A DNA stretch of 64,000 nucleotides from an uncultured Acidiferrobacteraceae bacterium (lineage in GTDB: Bacteria > Pseudomonadota > Gammaproteobacteria > Acidiferrobacterales > SZUA-150), in the NCBI GenBank assembly GCA_913009895.1, contig CAJVXY010000005.1, positions 2,026 through 66,025 of the forward strand, in the 5' to 3' direction. The position numbers were made by a program, and so were the translations under genes. Under the pieces are notes generated by a model. The model searched no databases. It saw only the letters and a list, made by a program, of their open reading frames with translations, and was not told the origin of the DNA. Below are positions 11,295 to 20,910 of this stretch, piece by piece (positions within the stretch are counted from its first letter, which is position 1; each line of letters starts with the position of its first letter).

Positions 11295-12173
11295 ATGAAA
11301 TCAAAACTAAAAACCATTGGCCTGATTGGTAAATACGGCCGGGAAGAAATTGGTCCGGATATGTACCAGCTGGCGGAATTTTTACTGGCCAGGAATTTGC
11401 ACGTTATAGCTGAAAATGACACCGCCAAGCTCATTAATCATCCCAGGGTTAAAGGCGAAAAAATAGAAAGCATTGGTGAAAATATTGACCTGGCGATTGT
11501 TATTGGTGGCGATGGCACCATGCTTTATGTGGGCAGGAACCTGGCAGATTTCGAGGTTCCCCTGATTGGCATCAACCAGGGTCGTCTTGGGTTCCTGACA
11601 GATATCGCGCCCGGTAACATGCTGGAAGAAGTGGGTAAAATTCTGGACGGGGATTTTGCAAGTGAAATTCGTTTCATGCTCCATGCAGAAGTCATGCGTG
11701 CCGGCAAAATTGTCCATACCGCGGTTGCCTTGAATGATGTGGTCATAAACAAGGGTGAACTGGCACGACTAATCGAATTTGAAGTTTACCTTGATGGTGA
11801 ATTTGTCAATAACATTCGCGCCGACGGCATGATTGTCGCTACCCCGACTGGTTCTACTGCTTATGCCCTGTCTGCTGGCGGCCCTATTTTGCATCCGACT
11901 TTGCCGGCCATGGCGATTGTGCCTGTCTGCCCCCATACCCTTAGCGACCGGCCAATTGTCGTCAGCTGCGATAGTGTTGTTGAAACAGTTATTCTTGAGC
12001 TTGGTGATCAACGTTCATATTTAACACTGGACGGTCAGGCCAGTGTTTCACTGCAGGATCATGATCATGTTTATGTGCGAAAACTTTCGCACCCACTGGA
12101 GCTCATTCATCCTTCTGGTCGCAGTCATTTTGATGTGTTAAGGGCCAAACTACACTGGGGCGAAAAACTCTAG
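11295..12173 (+). CDS. nadK: NAD(+) kinase
   Basis: The ORF track starts at 11205; the likely start is MKSKLKTIGLIGK (ATG 11295). Motifs IVIGGDGTML and GFLTD are present. Confidence 0.9.
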   Translation: MKSKLKTIGLIGKYGREEIGPDMYQLAEFLLARNLHVIAENDTAKLINHPRVKGEKIESIGENIDLAIVIGGDGTMLYVGRNLADFEVPLIGINQGRLGFLTDIAPGNMLEEVGKILDGDFASEIRFMLHAEVMRAGKIVHTAVALNDVVINKGELARLIEFEVYLDGEFVNNIRADGMIVATPTGSTAYALSAGGPILHPTLPAMAIVPVCPHTLSDRPIVVSCDSVVETVILELGDQRSYLTLDGQASVSLQDHDHVYVRKLSHPLELIHPSGRSHFDVLRAKLHWGEKL

Positions 12174-12176
12174 GCC

Positions 12177-13850
12177 ATGCTCTCACATTTGTTTATCAGA
12201 AATTTTGCCATTGTTGACCAACTGGAACTGACGCTCGAAAAAGGCCTGTCAGTTTTAACCGGTGAAACCGGCGCAGGTAAATCAATACTTATTGACGCCC
12301 TGTCGTTAACCCTGGGTGACCGGGCAAACACCAGCGTTATTCGCCAGGGTGCCGAGAATGCCGAGGTAATTGCCAATTTTGAATTAGCAACAGACCATGA
12401 CGCCCAACTGTGGTTACGTTCCCAGGAACTTGATAGTGATAGTGACTGTATTATTCGACGCGTTATCTACCGGGAAAAATCTTCCCGTGCCTATATCAAT
12501 GGCAGGCCGGTACCGGTTCAACAATTAAAAGAACTGGGCAATCTGCTGGTCGATATTCATGGCCAGCACGAACATCAGTCGCTGCTCAAGCGAGACACAC
12601 AAAGACAAATACTTGACGATTATGCCGGCATCCAGGCACAAGTGGCCTCGTTATCAGGAGTTTATGACGAAATCAGGAAACTGGAAACGCGAATCTCTAC
12701 CCTGAAAACACAATCAAGTGATCAGCAGGCACGGGTGGAATTATTAAAATTCCAGACCAATGAGCTGGAGCTACTGGCCCTGGCACCCGGCGAAATACTA
12801 AAAATTGAACAAGAACATGAGCGCCTGGCCAATGGTGCCGAAATAATTGAAGGTACCCAGGCCGCAAGCTATTCACTTTACCATGATGAAGAAAACTCTA
12901 TAGATCATTCTCTCAACCAAACGATCAATAAACTGGAGCACCTGGCACAACATGATGCGAAGTTAGGGCCCGCCATCACCTTGCTCAGTGATGCCGCGAT
13001 ACAAATCGGGGAAGCGGCTGATTTATTAAGCAAATACAGTGATGACCTGGATCTTGACCCGGAGAGACTGCAATGGCTGGACCAACGTCTTGGCGCTGCC
13101 CATGACCTGGCACGCAAACACCAGGTAAAACCAGGCGAGTTGCCAGAAAAACTTGAGGCGTTGATGCTGGAATTATCTGATATTGAAAATGCCGATATTA
13201 ATCTTGAGAAGCTTGAATCAGAATTGGGACAGCATAAAAAAGAATACTTAACTCATGCAAATGTCATAAGCAAAAAAAGAGATGAAGCGGCCGAAAGCCT
13301 GGGCAAAAAAATATCATCTTACATGGGTGAGCTTGGCATGGAAGGCGGTTTGTTCGAGATCCAGCTTGAAAGCCTTGCCGATAATAGTATTGGTAGCAAA
13401 GGACTCGAGCGTATCAATTTTTATGTCAGCGCCAACCCGGGACAACCGGTGCAACCGATCACGAAGGTTGCCTCGGGTGGTGAGCTTTCAAGGATCAGCC
13501 TGGCCCTCCAGGTCGTCATTGCATCTATCGGTCGCATACCGACCATGATTTTTGATGAAGTAGATGTCGGCGTCGGCGGTCGTGTCGCAGAAATCGTCGG
13601 TAAATTATTGCGCGAACTGGGAAATTCTCGCCAGGTTATTTGTGTGACACACCTGGCCCAGGTAGCGGCGCAAGGCAATCGACATTTTCAGGTGAGTAAA
13701 CGTACTGAATCAGATTCAACCCAGACCCGAATTGAGTCACTACCCGAAAATGATCGCGTCAGGGAAATAGCGCGCATGATTGGCGGCATTGAAATCAGCA
13801 AACAAACCCTCGACCATGCCGAAGATATGCTCAACCGTGCTGCCACATAA
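12177..13850 (+). CDS. recN: DNA repair protein RecN
   Basis: 557 aa, MLSHLFIRNFAIV...GETGAGKSILIDAL, with a coiled-coil middle and C-terminal ASGGELSRISLAL...FDEVDVGVGG. Confidence 0.96.
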   Translation: MLSHLFIRNFAIVDQLELTLEKGLSVLTGETGAGKSILIDALSLTLGDRANTSVIRQGAENAEVIANFELATDHDAQLWLRSQELDSDSDCIIRRVIYREKSSRAYINGRPVPVQQLKELGNLLVDIHGQHEHQSLLKRDTQRQILDDYAGIQAQVASLSGVYDEIRKLETRISTLKTQSSDQQARVELLKFQTNELELLALAPGEILKIEQEHERLANGAEIIEGTQAASYSLYHDEENSIDHSLNQTINKLEHLAQHDAKLGPAITLLSDAAIQIGEAADLLSKYSDDLDLDPERLQWLDQRLGAAHDLARKHQVKPGELPEKLEALMLELSDIENADINLEKLESELGQHKKEYLTHANVISKKRDEAAESLGKKISSYMGELGMEGGLFEIQLESLADNSIGSKGLERINFYVSANPGQPVQPITKVASGGELSRISLALQVVIASIGRIPTMIFDEVDVGVGGRVAEIVGKLLRELGNSRQVICVTHLAQVAAQGNRHFQVSKRTESDSTQTRIESLPENDRVREIARMIGGIEISKQTLDHAEDMLNRAAT

Positions 13851-13858
13851 AATATCCA

Positions 13859-14332
13859 GTGCCTGAAACTAAAACTGCTGTTCTTGTACGGCCTGCCAAC
13901 ATCCATGATGTCATATATATTTATGACCTGGTTGAAAGTTACGCTCATATGGGTAATTTACTACCTCGGCCAATGAGTGAGTTATATCGCCACTTGCGTG
14001 ATTTTTTTGTCGTAGTCAAAAACGATAAAGTCGTCGGCTGTGGTGCATTGGAAATCTTTACTGAAACCCTGGGCGAAGTACGTAGCCTGGTTGTTGCTGA
14101 AGACCAGATAGGACAGGGTTTTGGCAAAAAACTGGTACGGTATATCATCGAAGAAGCAAGTGTAATCGGTTTAAAACAAATCATGGCCCTGACTTACGCG
14201 CCCGAATTTTTTCATACACTTGGTTTCAGGACTGTTAAAAAAGACACCCTGCCAGAAAAAGTATGGGGAATTTGTATAAAATGTTACAAATTTAATAATT
14301 GCGACGAAACAGCAGTTGTGATTGATATATAA
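13859..14332 (+). CDS. GNAT-family N-acetyltransferase (ArgA-C-terminal-like), GTG start
   Basis: 157 aa with the acetyl-CoA binding segment VAEDQIGQGFGKKLVRYI. Confidence 0.75.
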   Translation: MPETKTAVLVRPANIHDVIYIYDLVESYAHMGNLLPRPMSELYRHLRDFFVVVKNDKVVGCGALEIFTETLGEVRSLVVAEDQIGQGFGKKLVRYIIEEASVIGLKQIMALTYAPEFFHTLGFRTVKKDTLPEKVWGICIKCYKFNNCDETAVVIDI

Positions 14333-14387
14333 AGATTGGCAAATATAATATTAAGTGCAAAATATTACGCACCTGATTACGCATTTG

Positions 14388-14417
14388 GAACTATCGAGAA
14401 CTATCGAGAACTATCGT
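14388..14417. repeat. Tandem 10-bp repeat (gaactatcga x3) between the convergent GNAT and fur genes
   Basis: Read directly: gaactatcga gaactatcga gaactatcgt. Confidence 0.8.
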
Positions 14418-14423
14418 TAGGCT

Positions 14424-14855
14424 TTATTCTTCCGAACACTTACCATTTTTCTTCATCCCCACACAAACGCCATAGAAATGCATGGTGTGCTCCTCAATGA
14501 CAAAACCTTTTTCCTTGGCAATATCACGTTGCCGCTGTTCGATCTGCTCATCATAAAATTCAAACACCTTGTGGCACTTCACGCACAACATATGGTCATG
14601 ATGATGACCCTGATTCATTTCGTAAACAGACCGGCCACCTTCAAAATTATGCCGAATCAACAGGCCAGCCTCCTCAAATTGCGTTAACACCCTGTAAACA
14701 GTCGCAAGACCCACATCCTCCCCGGCCTCCACCAGATTTTTATAGACATCATCTGCCCCGAGATGGCCACCTGCCATTTCCAAAATTGACAATATTTTCA
14801 ATCGCGGCAAAGTCGCCTTGAGGCCGGCTTTTTTAAGATCAGTCTTGTCAGTCAT
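14424..14855 (-). CDS. fur: Ferric uptake regulator Fur
   Basis: 143 aa, LKKAGLKATLPRLKIL...HHHDHMLCVKCHKVFEF...EEHTMHFYGVC. Confidence 0.93.
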   Translation of the reverse strand: MTDKTDLKKAGLKATLPRLKILSILEMAGGHLGADDVYKNLVEAGEDVGLATVYRVLTQFEEAGLLIRHNFEGGRSVYEMNQGHHHDHMLCVKCHKVFEFYDEQIEQRQRDIAKEKGFVIEEHTMHFYGVCVGMKKNGKCSEE

Positions 14856-15059
14856 GCTTTATCCTATCTCTTTTTTAGTTGTTAACCTATAGTAATCGCA
14901 CAGGTACCTTAAAATGGCCCAATTGACGATACTGGTGTATTATCCGGGGCGCTGAGTTGCGCCTAAGCGGGCTCCAGAACAACTGATTTAAAATGAAACC
15001 GGTACCAGGCCAGGCAAGTACCAAGCCAGGCAAGTGCTAGTCTAGACAGGAACAATGCT

Positions 15060-15458
15060 GTGTACAAACTTACAATTCTCGTGCTTATCCTGTTCACAAG
15101 CGCCTGCAAAATTCTGTACGTCCCCGATATACAGCAGGGCAATGTTATTTCCAATAAAATGCTGGACCAGCTTAAAATTGGCATGAGCCAAAAACAGGTA
15201 AAATTTATAATGGGCACACCCCTGGTTAAGGATCCATTTCACAAGGATCGCTGGGATTATTTTTATTCCTATAAAGATAACAAGAACAATACTTTCAAAA
15301 AAAGCCGGATTACAGTATTTTTTGAAAATGGAAAAGTGGTAAGCCTTGATGTTGTCCCAAAAAGAACCAGGGAAAATGCATCTGAATATGAAGTTACGAT
15401 CAATCCGGAAGTCTATGACGGCGGAAGCGGAGGCGGTGGTGGTGGCCACGGACATTAA
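15060..15458 (+). CDS. bamE: Outer membrane protein assembly factor BamE (SmpA/OmlA), GTG start
   Basis: Lipobox LFTSAC, then VPDIQQGNVI...IGMSQKQVKFIMGTPLVKDPF...RWDYFY. Its position divergent from fur matches other gammaproteobacteria. Confidence 0.85.
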   Translation: MYKLTILVLILFTSACKILYVPDIQQGNVISNKMLDQLKIGMSQKQVKFIMGTPLVKDPFHKDRWDYFYSYKDNKNNTFKKSRITVFFENGKVVSLDVVPKRTRENASEYEVTINPEVYDGGSGGGGGGHGH

Positions 15459-15533
15459 TTTTGAGATAATGTGCCCGTACAAATAAATTTTTCGTCTATA
15501 TAATTTACCCTGATAATTCGGCTTAATACTCTA

Positions 15534-15821
15534 TCAGGCTCCATCCTTCGCCAAACTTGCACGTAATTTCCTGGCATCCTTTGGCGATATTTTCAGCGGC
15601 CGATATATTTCGACCCGATCCTGATCTTGCAAAATGGTATCGACACTCGCCTTTTTACTAAAAATCCCTACCTGGCAATCGTCCATGTTTATTTCGGGAC
15701 AGGTTTTCAGTAAGCCGCTACTTTTAATCGCTTGCGCAATTGATGTGCCTGGTTCAATCTCTAGCTGGACAAGTTTTTGGCTTGTTTCTCCCGCGTAAAC
15801 GATTTCGATGTTAATTTTCAT
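15534..15821 (-). CDS. RnfH family protein (UPF0125, RatB/YfjF-like)
   Basis: 95 aa with DRVEIYRPLKISPKDARKLRA, as in E. coli YfjF. It overlaps the upstream ratA-like gene. Confidence 0.85.
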   Translation of the reverse strand: MKINIEIVYAGETSQKLVQLEIEPGTSIAQAIKSSGLLKTCPEINMDDCQVGIFSKKASVDTILQDQDRVEIYRPLKISPKDARKLRASLAKDGA

Positions 15822-16263
15822 TCTCTTCTGTTTTCTCGAAAATCTGGTATGCGCGGGTTACGAATTCCTCAACCATGCTATTTGAAATTTTCTCGAATAC
15901 ACCGCCCAGTGCCAGCCGCATCACTGGATGGGAAATTTTAAATCCAATATCCAGCATGACCTTGCAGGACGTTTCATCAAGCGCCTGAAAACTCCAGGTA
16001 CCGTCCAGGTAATGAAATGGGCCATCAGCAAGCTCCATGTGAATGGATTTTCCCGGTACGTTTTCATTGTGCGTGGTAAATTTCTTGTGTAATCCGTGAT
16101 AGGCAATCGTGATTGAAGCCTCAACAACATTATCTTTACTGGAAATAATTGTTGCCTCAGAGCACCAGGACAGGAACTGTGGATACGATTCTATGTCTGC
16201 CACAAGCTCGTACAAGCTCTCGGCTGGAAAAGGAATCAGCGCTGATTTATTTACTCTTTTCAC
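15811..16263 (-). CDS. ratA: RatA/YfjG-like SRPBCC (CoQ-binding/ribosome-association toxin family) protein
   Basis: 150 aa, SALIPFPAESLYELVADIESYPQFLSWC..., collinear with E. coli RatA. Confidence 0.8.
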   Translation of the reverse strand: MKRVNKSALIPFPAESLYELVADIESYPQFLSWCSEATIISSKDNVVEASITIAYHGLHKKFTTHNENVPGKSIHMELADGPFHYLDGTWSFQALDETSCKVMLDIGFKISHPVMRLALGGVFEKISNSMVEEFVTRAYQIFEKTEENEN

Positions 16264-16275
16264 GAAAATATTCTA

Positions 16276-17673
16276 CTACAAAAATAAAGCTGGGACAGAA
16301 AATAGAATTACAAGTAACAATACTGGAATAATAATTCTTATCAGCCATAACCATACTTTGTATAGTCTTGCATCAGGGAAGCCAAAAAATTCTGCAGATA
16401 ATTTTTCATGGATAGACCAGCCAACAAATAATGCAACAAAAATGCCTGTTAATGGTAACAGATAATTGGAAGTCGTGATTTGAATTGCATCAAATAAACC
16501 CAATTGTTTTTCTACGCTAAAATACTGAAAACTGAAGGCCCATTCATTAAAAGATAAAATAACAACAATTCCCAGCAACCAGACACTGACACCGGACCAG
16601 ATAGCTGCCGTAAACCTGGTCATGTGATGCGTTTCACATAACCATAATATCATTGGCTCAATCAGCGCAATGGCCGTCGAAAATGCTGCCAGTGCTAACA
16701 TGATATAAATCATGGTCGTTACCAGGTGGCTATAAGGCAAAATATCCAGTGCCAGTGGTAATGACTTAAACATCAATATTGGACCGGAAGCCATGTCCTG
16801 TCCCGCGGCATTTAAAATACTGAATATTATTACGGTAGCGACAACAGCCACCAATACGTCAAGGCCGACAATACCTGCCGCACTCTTGCTCAGTGAGATC
16901 TCATCGGGCAGATATGAGCCATAAGCGATGTAAACACCATAACCCAGACCCAGGCTAAAAAAAGTTTGTCCCAGCGCCACCAAAACTGACTTAACCCCAA
17001 ATGCTTCCCAGTTTGGTGCCAACAACAGTTGCAGGTTGTCGTTGAATCCCGGTAGTGTGACTGCATAAATAAGTAATAGTAAGACCAGTAAAAAAATCAT
17101 TGGCATCACGTAACGAATGACAGGCTCAATTCCTTTTTTTAGCCCCCGGGCCGATACAACCATGGTCAAAATTATAAACAGGCTGTGCCAGAACATTTGT
17201 CGTTCAGGGTCGCTGACGAATTCACCAAAAACGCTGCCAACACCATCAGCAGTCAAGCCATCAAATAAACCAAGTCCCGCACGGAAACTATAAGCAAATG
17301 TCCAGCCACCAATCACGCTCAAATATGTCAGCACTAAAAACCCGATAAAAGTGGCCATTGAACCCAATAAATGCCAATTGGGATCGCCATCAATTTCATC
17401 AACCAGTGTTTTAACGCTAAGAATTGGTGAGGCCCGACCCAGGCGGCCAATACTAAATTGCGCCAGCAATAAGGGGTAACCGAGTACCAGCAAAAAAAAC
17501 AAATAACTACCCAAAAAAAGGCTGCCACCATACTCAGGCATCAGGTAAGGGAACTGCCAGAAATTATTTAGGCCAATGGCCACACCAGCAGAGGCAAATA
17601 TAAATAGTCTCGTGGTTGACCATCTTGCCGCTTCAGTTTTCTTTTTTGACCTTGATTTAGTTTTTCTGGCCAT
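16276..17673 (-). CDS. Sodium-dependent transporter, NSS/SNF family
   Basis: 465 aa, polytopic, with an N-terminal NFWQFPYLMPEYGGSLFL motif (compare NxWRFPY...GG). Confidence 0.8.
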   Translation of the reverse strand: MARKTKSRSKKKTEAARWSTTRLFIFASAGVAIGLNNFWQFPYLMPEYGGSLFLGSYLFFLLVLGYPLLLAQFSIGRLGRASPILSVKTLVDEIDGDPNWHLLGSMATFIGFLVLTYLSVIGGWTFAYSFRAGLGLFDGLTADGVGSVFGEFVSDPERQMFWHSLFIILTMVVSARGLKKGIEPVIRYVMPMIFLLVLLLLIYAVTLPGFNDNLQLLLAPNWEAFGVKSVLVALGQTFFSLGLGYGVYIAYGSYLPDEISLSKSAAGIVGLDVLVAVVATVIIFSILNAAGQDMASGPILMFKSLPLALDILPYSHLVTTMIYIMLALAAFSTAIALIEPMILWLCETHHMTRFTAAIWSGVSVWLLGIVVILSFNEWAFSFQYFSVEKQLGLFDAIQITTSNYLLPLTGIFVALFVGWSIHEKLSAEFFGFPDARLYKVWLWLIRIIIPVLLLVILFSVPALFL

Positions 17674-17824
17674 AGGTCCTTATCAATTAAAAATTAGCTG
17701 GACTGTCTACGTTAGTGTTGTCACATTTTGACCCCTACCCTGTTATTATAGTCATGACCAGTAAGTTATGCACTCGTGAGCCGGTAACCACAGAATCCAG
17801 GATCAATAATAACAAGACCAGATT

Positions 17825-18298
17825 ATGAGCAAGAAAAAACCCAAAACACCCAGCAGCACTATTGCCCGCAATAAAAAGGCCTGGCACGACTATTTTCTTG
17901 AAGATAAATTCGAGGCCGGCATGGTACTGGAAGGCTGGGAGGTTAAATCCCTGCGCGCCGGTCATGGCCAGTTAACCGAGGCTTATGTTGACGTACGAGA
18001 TGGCGAAGTTTTCCTGGTAGGTGCCCGCATTACCCCTCTGCTCTCGGCGTCCACCCATGTGAATCCTGAGCCCACACGGCGACGAAAATTGCTCTTGAAC
18101 AAGTCTGAAATCAGCAAACTCATTGGCGCCGTTGAGCGCAAGGGTTACACCCTGGCACCGATTGCCATGTACTGGAAAAAGGGTTTCGTCAAAGTTGAAA
18201 TCGCCCTGGCCAAGGGCAAACAGGCCCACGACAAACGGGCAACCATCAAGAAACGGGAAATCGACAGGGAACTACGCCGCGCCTTGAAAGAACGCTAA
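17825..18298 (+). CDS. smpB: SsrA-binding protein SmpB
   Basis: 157 aa, [32 protein letters not shown]...[15 protein letters not shown]. Confidence 0.97.
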   Translation: MSKKKPKTPSSTIARNKKAWHDYFLEDKFEAGMVLEGWEVKSLRAGHGQLTEAYVDVRDGEVFLVGARITPLLSASTHVNPEPTRRRKLLLNKSEISKLIGAVERKGYTLAPIAMYWKKGFVKVEIALAKGKQAHDKRATIKKREIDRELRRALKER

Positions 18299-18339
18299 AT
18301 TATCCCCATAAATTCACTGAAAGCGTTATACTTGGCAGT

Positions 18340-18368
18340 AACCAGTTACTAGTCTCTAGTTACTGGTT
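18340..18368 (+). terminator. Hairpin between smpB and ssrA
   Basis: aaccagttactag tct ctagttactggtt forms 12 of 13 pairs. The T-tract is weak, so it may be a terminator or a processing structure. Confidence 0.4.
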
Positions 18369-18372
18369 CTTT

Positions 18373-18730
18373 GGGGGCGACCTGGCTTCGACGTGGGTCA
18401 CAAAACCTAAGGGGCATGCCGAGGCGCAGTTACCTCGTAAATACAGCTGCAAACTTTATAGTTGCCAACGACGACAACTACGCTCTAGCTGCGTAAAGCA
18501 GGCTAGACCTTTCACTGATACTTGCTTGTGGGTTCAGGTTCGAAAGGTCATTTCACACAAGATCGTGTTGAAGCCCACCCGGGGCCGATTCATTAAACTC
18601 TAATCGGGATCGCTTGTAGTCTACCCTGCCCGTCGGGTAGCTGCCGGTTAAATTTAAAGACACGGCTAAGCATGTAGAACCGAAGGCGGAGTATTTGCGG
18701 ACGCGGGTTCGATTCCCGCCGCCTCCACCA
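18373..18730 (+). ncRNA. ssrA: tmRNA (transfer-messenger RNA, one-piece)
   Basis: 5' GGGGGCGACCTGGCTTCGACG pairs with 3' ...GGACGCGGGTTCGATTCCCGCCGCCTCCACCA (tRNA-Ala-like acceptor and T-arm). There is an internal tag ORF, and the gene lies directly after smpB. Confidence 0.97.
18464..18496 (+). other. tmRNA tag reading frame encoding ANDDNYALAA-stop
   Basis: GCC AAC GAC GAC AAC TAC GCT CTA GCT GCG TAA; compare E. coli ANDENYALAA. Confidence 0.9.
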
Positions 18731-18733
18731 CAC

Positions 18734-18770
18734 AAAGAAAAGCCACCTGATTTTTAGGTGGTTTTTCTTT
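18734..18770 (+). terminator. Rho-independent terminator of ssrA
   Basis: aaagaaaagccacct-gattttt-aggtggtttttcttt, a 15-bp stem with one G-U pair. Confidence 0.8.
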
Positions 18771-19039
18771 GTATGTGTCTGTGCTGAAAAGAAACCGCGT
18801 AGCGGGAGAGATTCCAATGTGCATGGCAAGGATTGTTCCAGACAATCCCCTTGCATTCCCGCCATCCCTGGCGGTCAGATGCACAGGTGCCGCGAAGGCC
18901 AGGGATGGCCGAGAGCGCCCCGCCGCCGCCATACAACAAAGCAAACTCAGCGAGATAATAACCAACTGGAAATTATCGCCGACCTTTTTATCATTTATTT
19001 ATCCAAGCAAGCGCAATATTTCAAAACTGGTCAGCCTGT

Positions 19040-19405
19040 TTATTGATTCCCGACTTCTAACATATTTGTCAAAGCGACTATTGCCACCTGGTTTTTGAGT
19101 TTTTTAGCCAGATCTAATGCTGTTTCTCCTTGTCGATTTCGTTCATTAACATCGGCACCACGTTCAATCAAGGCAGTTATAATATTTGGGTCTGAAACCG
19201 CAGTTGCGGCCCACATCAAGACGCTTCCATTCTTGTTACCATATTTTAGCGCTTCCTGGGGAACTTCTTTCACCGAAGATAATGTTGCTTCTTGCCAAAA
19301 ATTCCTTCTGCTGTATTTCTTGTGAGGATTCATAACAAGCATTGCTATAGCAAACGAAATTACAATCACAAGCGCAATTATATATTTTCTATTTACTGAT
19401 CCCAT
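19040..19405 (-). CDS. Membrane-anchored ankyrin-repeat protein
   Basis: 121 aa with an N-terminal TM helix, then GSVLMWAATAVSDPNIITALIERGADVNERNRQGETALDLA. Confidence 0.7.
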   Translation of the reverse strand: MGSVNRKYIIALVIVISFAIAMLVMNPHKKYSRRNFWQEATLSSVKEVPQEALKYGNKNGSVLMWAATAVSDPNIITALIERGADVNERNRQGETALDLAKKLKNQVAIVALTNMLEVGNQ

Positions 19406-19436
19406 AATTCACACCTTGATAGTTTTTACTCTGACA

Positions 19437-19595
19437 CTAATACGTGGTTTTACCTAAATCGGGCACATCTTCTATTAAGAACTGTCCACGACACAGCGGG
19501 GATATCAGGGCGAGTTTTATGGATGTTTGTTTGCCAACGATAACCGTTTCGATGTTGGCACTGAGGCGTTTTAATTCATCTATTGCGGTGGCCAT
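19437..19595 (-). pseudogene. N-terminal fragment (52 codons) of a MoxR-like AAA+ ATPase
   Basis: The minus strand reads MATAIDELKRLSANIETVIVGKQTSIKLALISPLCRGQFLIEDVPDLGKTTY-stop. The frame ends inside the Walker A motif (GxGKT). Confidence 0.5.
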
Positions 19596-19788
19596 AAATT
19601 CCCTTTTTTGTCATTTTTAAAATCCTGGTTAAGCAGATTTTTTGAAGAAATACCCGCCTATAGTATAGATTTATAATGCGAATATTAAGTATGATTATGT
19701 TGTCGATTGCTCATTATATTAGCAAAACATTATTTACTGCTTATACAATATAGAATCATTCTAAAAAATATCACAAGGAATATAAATT

Positions 19789-20553
19789 ATGGGTACGTTG
19801 TTCATGGTGGGAATCGCAATCGCAGCCATAGGCGGTATTTGGCTGTTAATACTTGCATTTAAAGAAAGTTTTATTTGGGGAATAGGCTTTATTATTGTTC
19901 CCTTTGTGAGCCTCATATTTGTGGTTTTGAACTGGGGCAAAACATGGAAACCATTTCTTATTAATGTGATCGGTGGCGCACTGATATTTGCCGGGTACAC
20001 AACAACTATGCCGGATTTATATGAACTGGAAATGCTCACACAGGCGCAGGAAGAAATAACAAGACAGCTGAAAAATGGTGAGATAACACAGCAACAAGCA
20101 CAAACAGAACAGTTAAAAATAGTACAGGCCATGGCGGGAGGCGAAAAATACGTAAGTAGTTTCGACAGGCAAGAAATCGCCCCGGAACGACCTCTTGGTT
20201 ATACCCTCAGATCTGCTGAACCTGAAAAAGAAACACTTTCTGATTCGGAAAAAAAAGCGATCCAGAAAGAAAGAATAGAACAAGCCATCAGGAATGAATC
20301 AAAATACAAGAAAATTGTTAAGGCTAATGATCGAAAAAAAGGTTTCGTAGTAATTCATGCGGATGACGCATCGAAATATGTTGGCGAAGAAATAAAAGTC
20401 ACCATGAAAAAAGGCCAGGTAAGAAGCGGCGTACTTGTGGACACTGGCAAAAATACATTGCTGGTAGAAAGAAGAACGAGAAGTGGAAGGTATTCATTCA
20501 ACCTGGAGACTAAAAAAATAAAGAAGATAGAAGTCAATACGTGGTTGAACTAG
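19789..20553 (+). CDS. Hypothetical membrane protein (3 TM, Q/E-rich linker, small C-terminal beta-rich domain)
   Basis: 254-aa ORF preceded by an AT-rich upstream region; no family recognised. Confidence 0.55.
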   Translation: MGTLFMVGIAIAAIGGIWLLILAFKESFIWGIGFIIVPFVSLIFVVLNWGKTWKPFLINVIGGALIFAGYTTTMPDLYELEMLTQAQEEITRQLKNGEITQQQAQTEQLKIVQAMAGGEKYVSSFDRQEIAPERPLGYTLRSAEPEKETLSDSEKKAIQKERIEQAIRNESKYKKIVKANDRKKGFVVIHADDASKYVGEEIKVTMKKGQVRSGVLVDTGKNTLLVERRTRSGRYSFNLETKKIKKIEVNTWLN

Positions 20554-20622
20554 GGGAGTTCGAATTTACCCCCCCTTTTTTTTCCTTTTTTATTTTATCC
20601 GAATCGATTTTATTGTTGGCAT

Positions 20623-20910
20623 TTACTTTCTTAATGCTTTTAATACTGCACTAGGTTCTTTTGCAACAACATTAAGTAGGACCAGGGCTGGGCCATGAGG
20701 TGTACGGTCGCCGCGCTCCCAGTGTCGCAATGTACTGACACTAATACCAAATGCAGATGCAAATTCGTTTTGTGACATACCGACCTTGGCGCGAATCTTT
20801 TTCACGTCTACAGGTGTAAATTTATGTACGATGGCTTTTTGTTTTTTGCCTTTTGAAAATTCCAGGGCTTCATCCATGCCCTGTTTGATACTATCGAATG
20901 CACTACTCAT
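20623..20910 (-). CDS. HTH (XRE/COG2944-like) antitoxin of a HigBA-type module
   Basis: MSSAFDSIKQGMDEALEF...VGMSQNEFASAFGISVSTLRHWERGDRTPHGPALVLL. Its ATG overlaps the toxin stop (ATGAGTAG). Confidence 0.8.
   Translation of the reverse strand: MSSAFDSIKQGMDEALEFSKGKKQKAIVHKFTPVDVKKIRAKVGMSQNEFASAFGISVSTLRHWERGDRTPHGPALVLLNVVAKEPSAVLKALRK

Noticed and set aside
12100-12176. LexA/SOS box upstream of recN.
   Set aside because: No CTGT-N8-ACAG-type motif was seen in the short nadK-recN junction, so the promoter may lie within nadK.
14856-15059. Fur box in the fur-bamE divergent region.
   Set aside because: No match resembling GATAATGATAATCATTATC was found by eye.
15042-15482. 146-aa minus-strand ORF.
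   Set aside because: It completely overlaps bamE, which has a lipobox, family motifs and conserved synteny.
18553-18965. ORFs 18553-18735, 18593-18865, 18666-18965 and 18754-18939 on the minus strand.
   Set aside because: They overlap the tmRNA gene and its terminator, or lie in the structured GC-rich region. They show no coding-like sequence features.
18731-19040. Expected a P4-type integrase or prophage directly next to ssrA.
   Set aside because: None of the six frames gives integrase-like sequence, and no repeat of the ssrA 3' end was spotted downstream.
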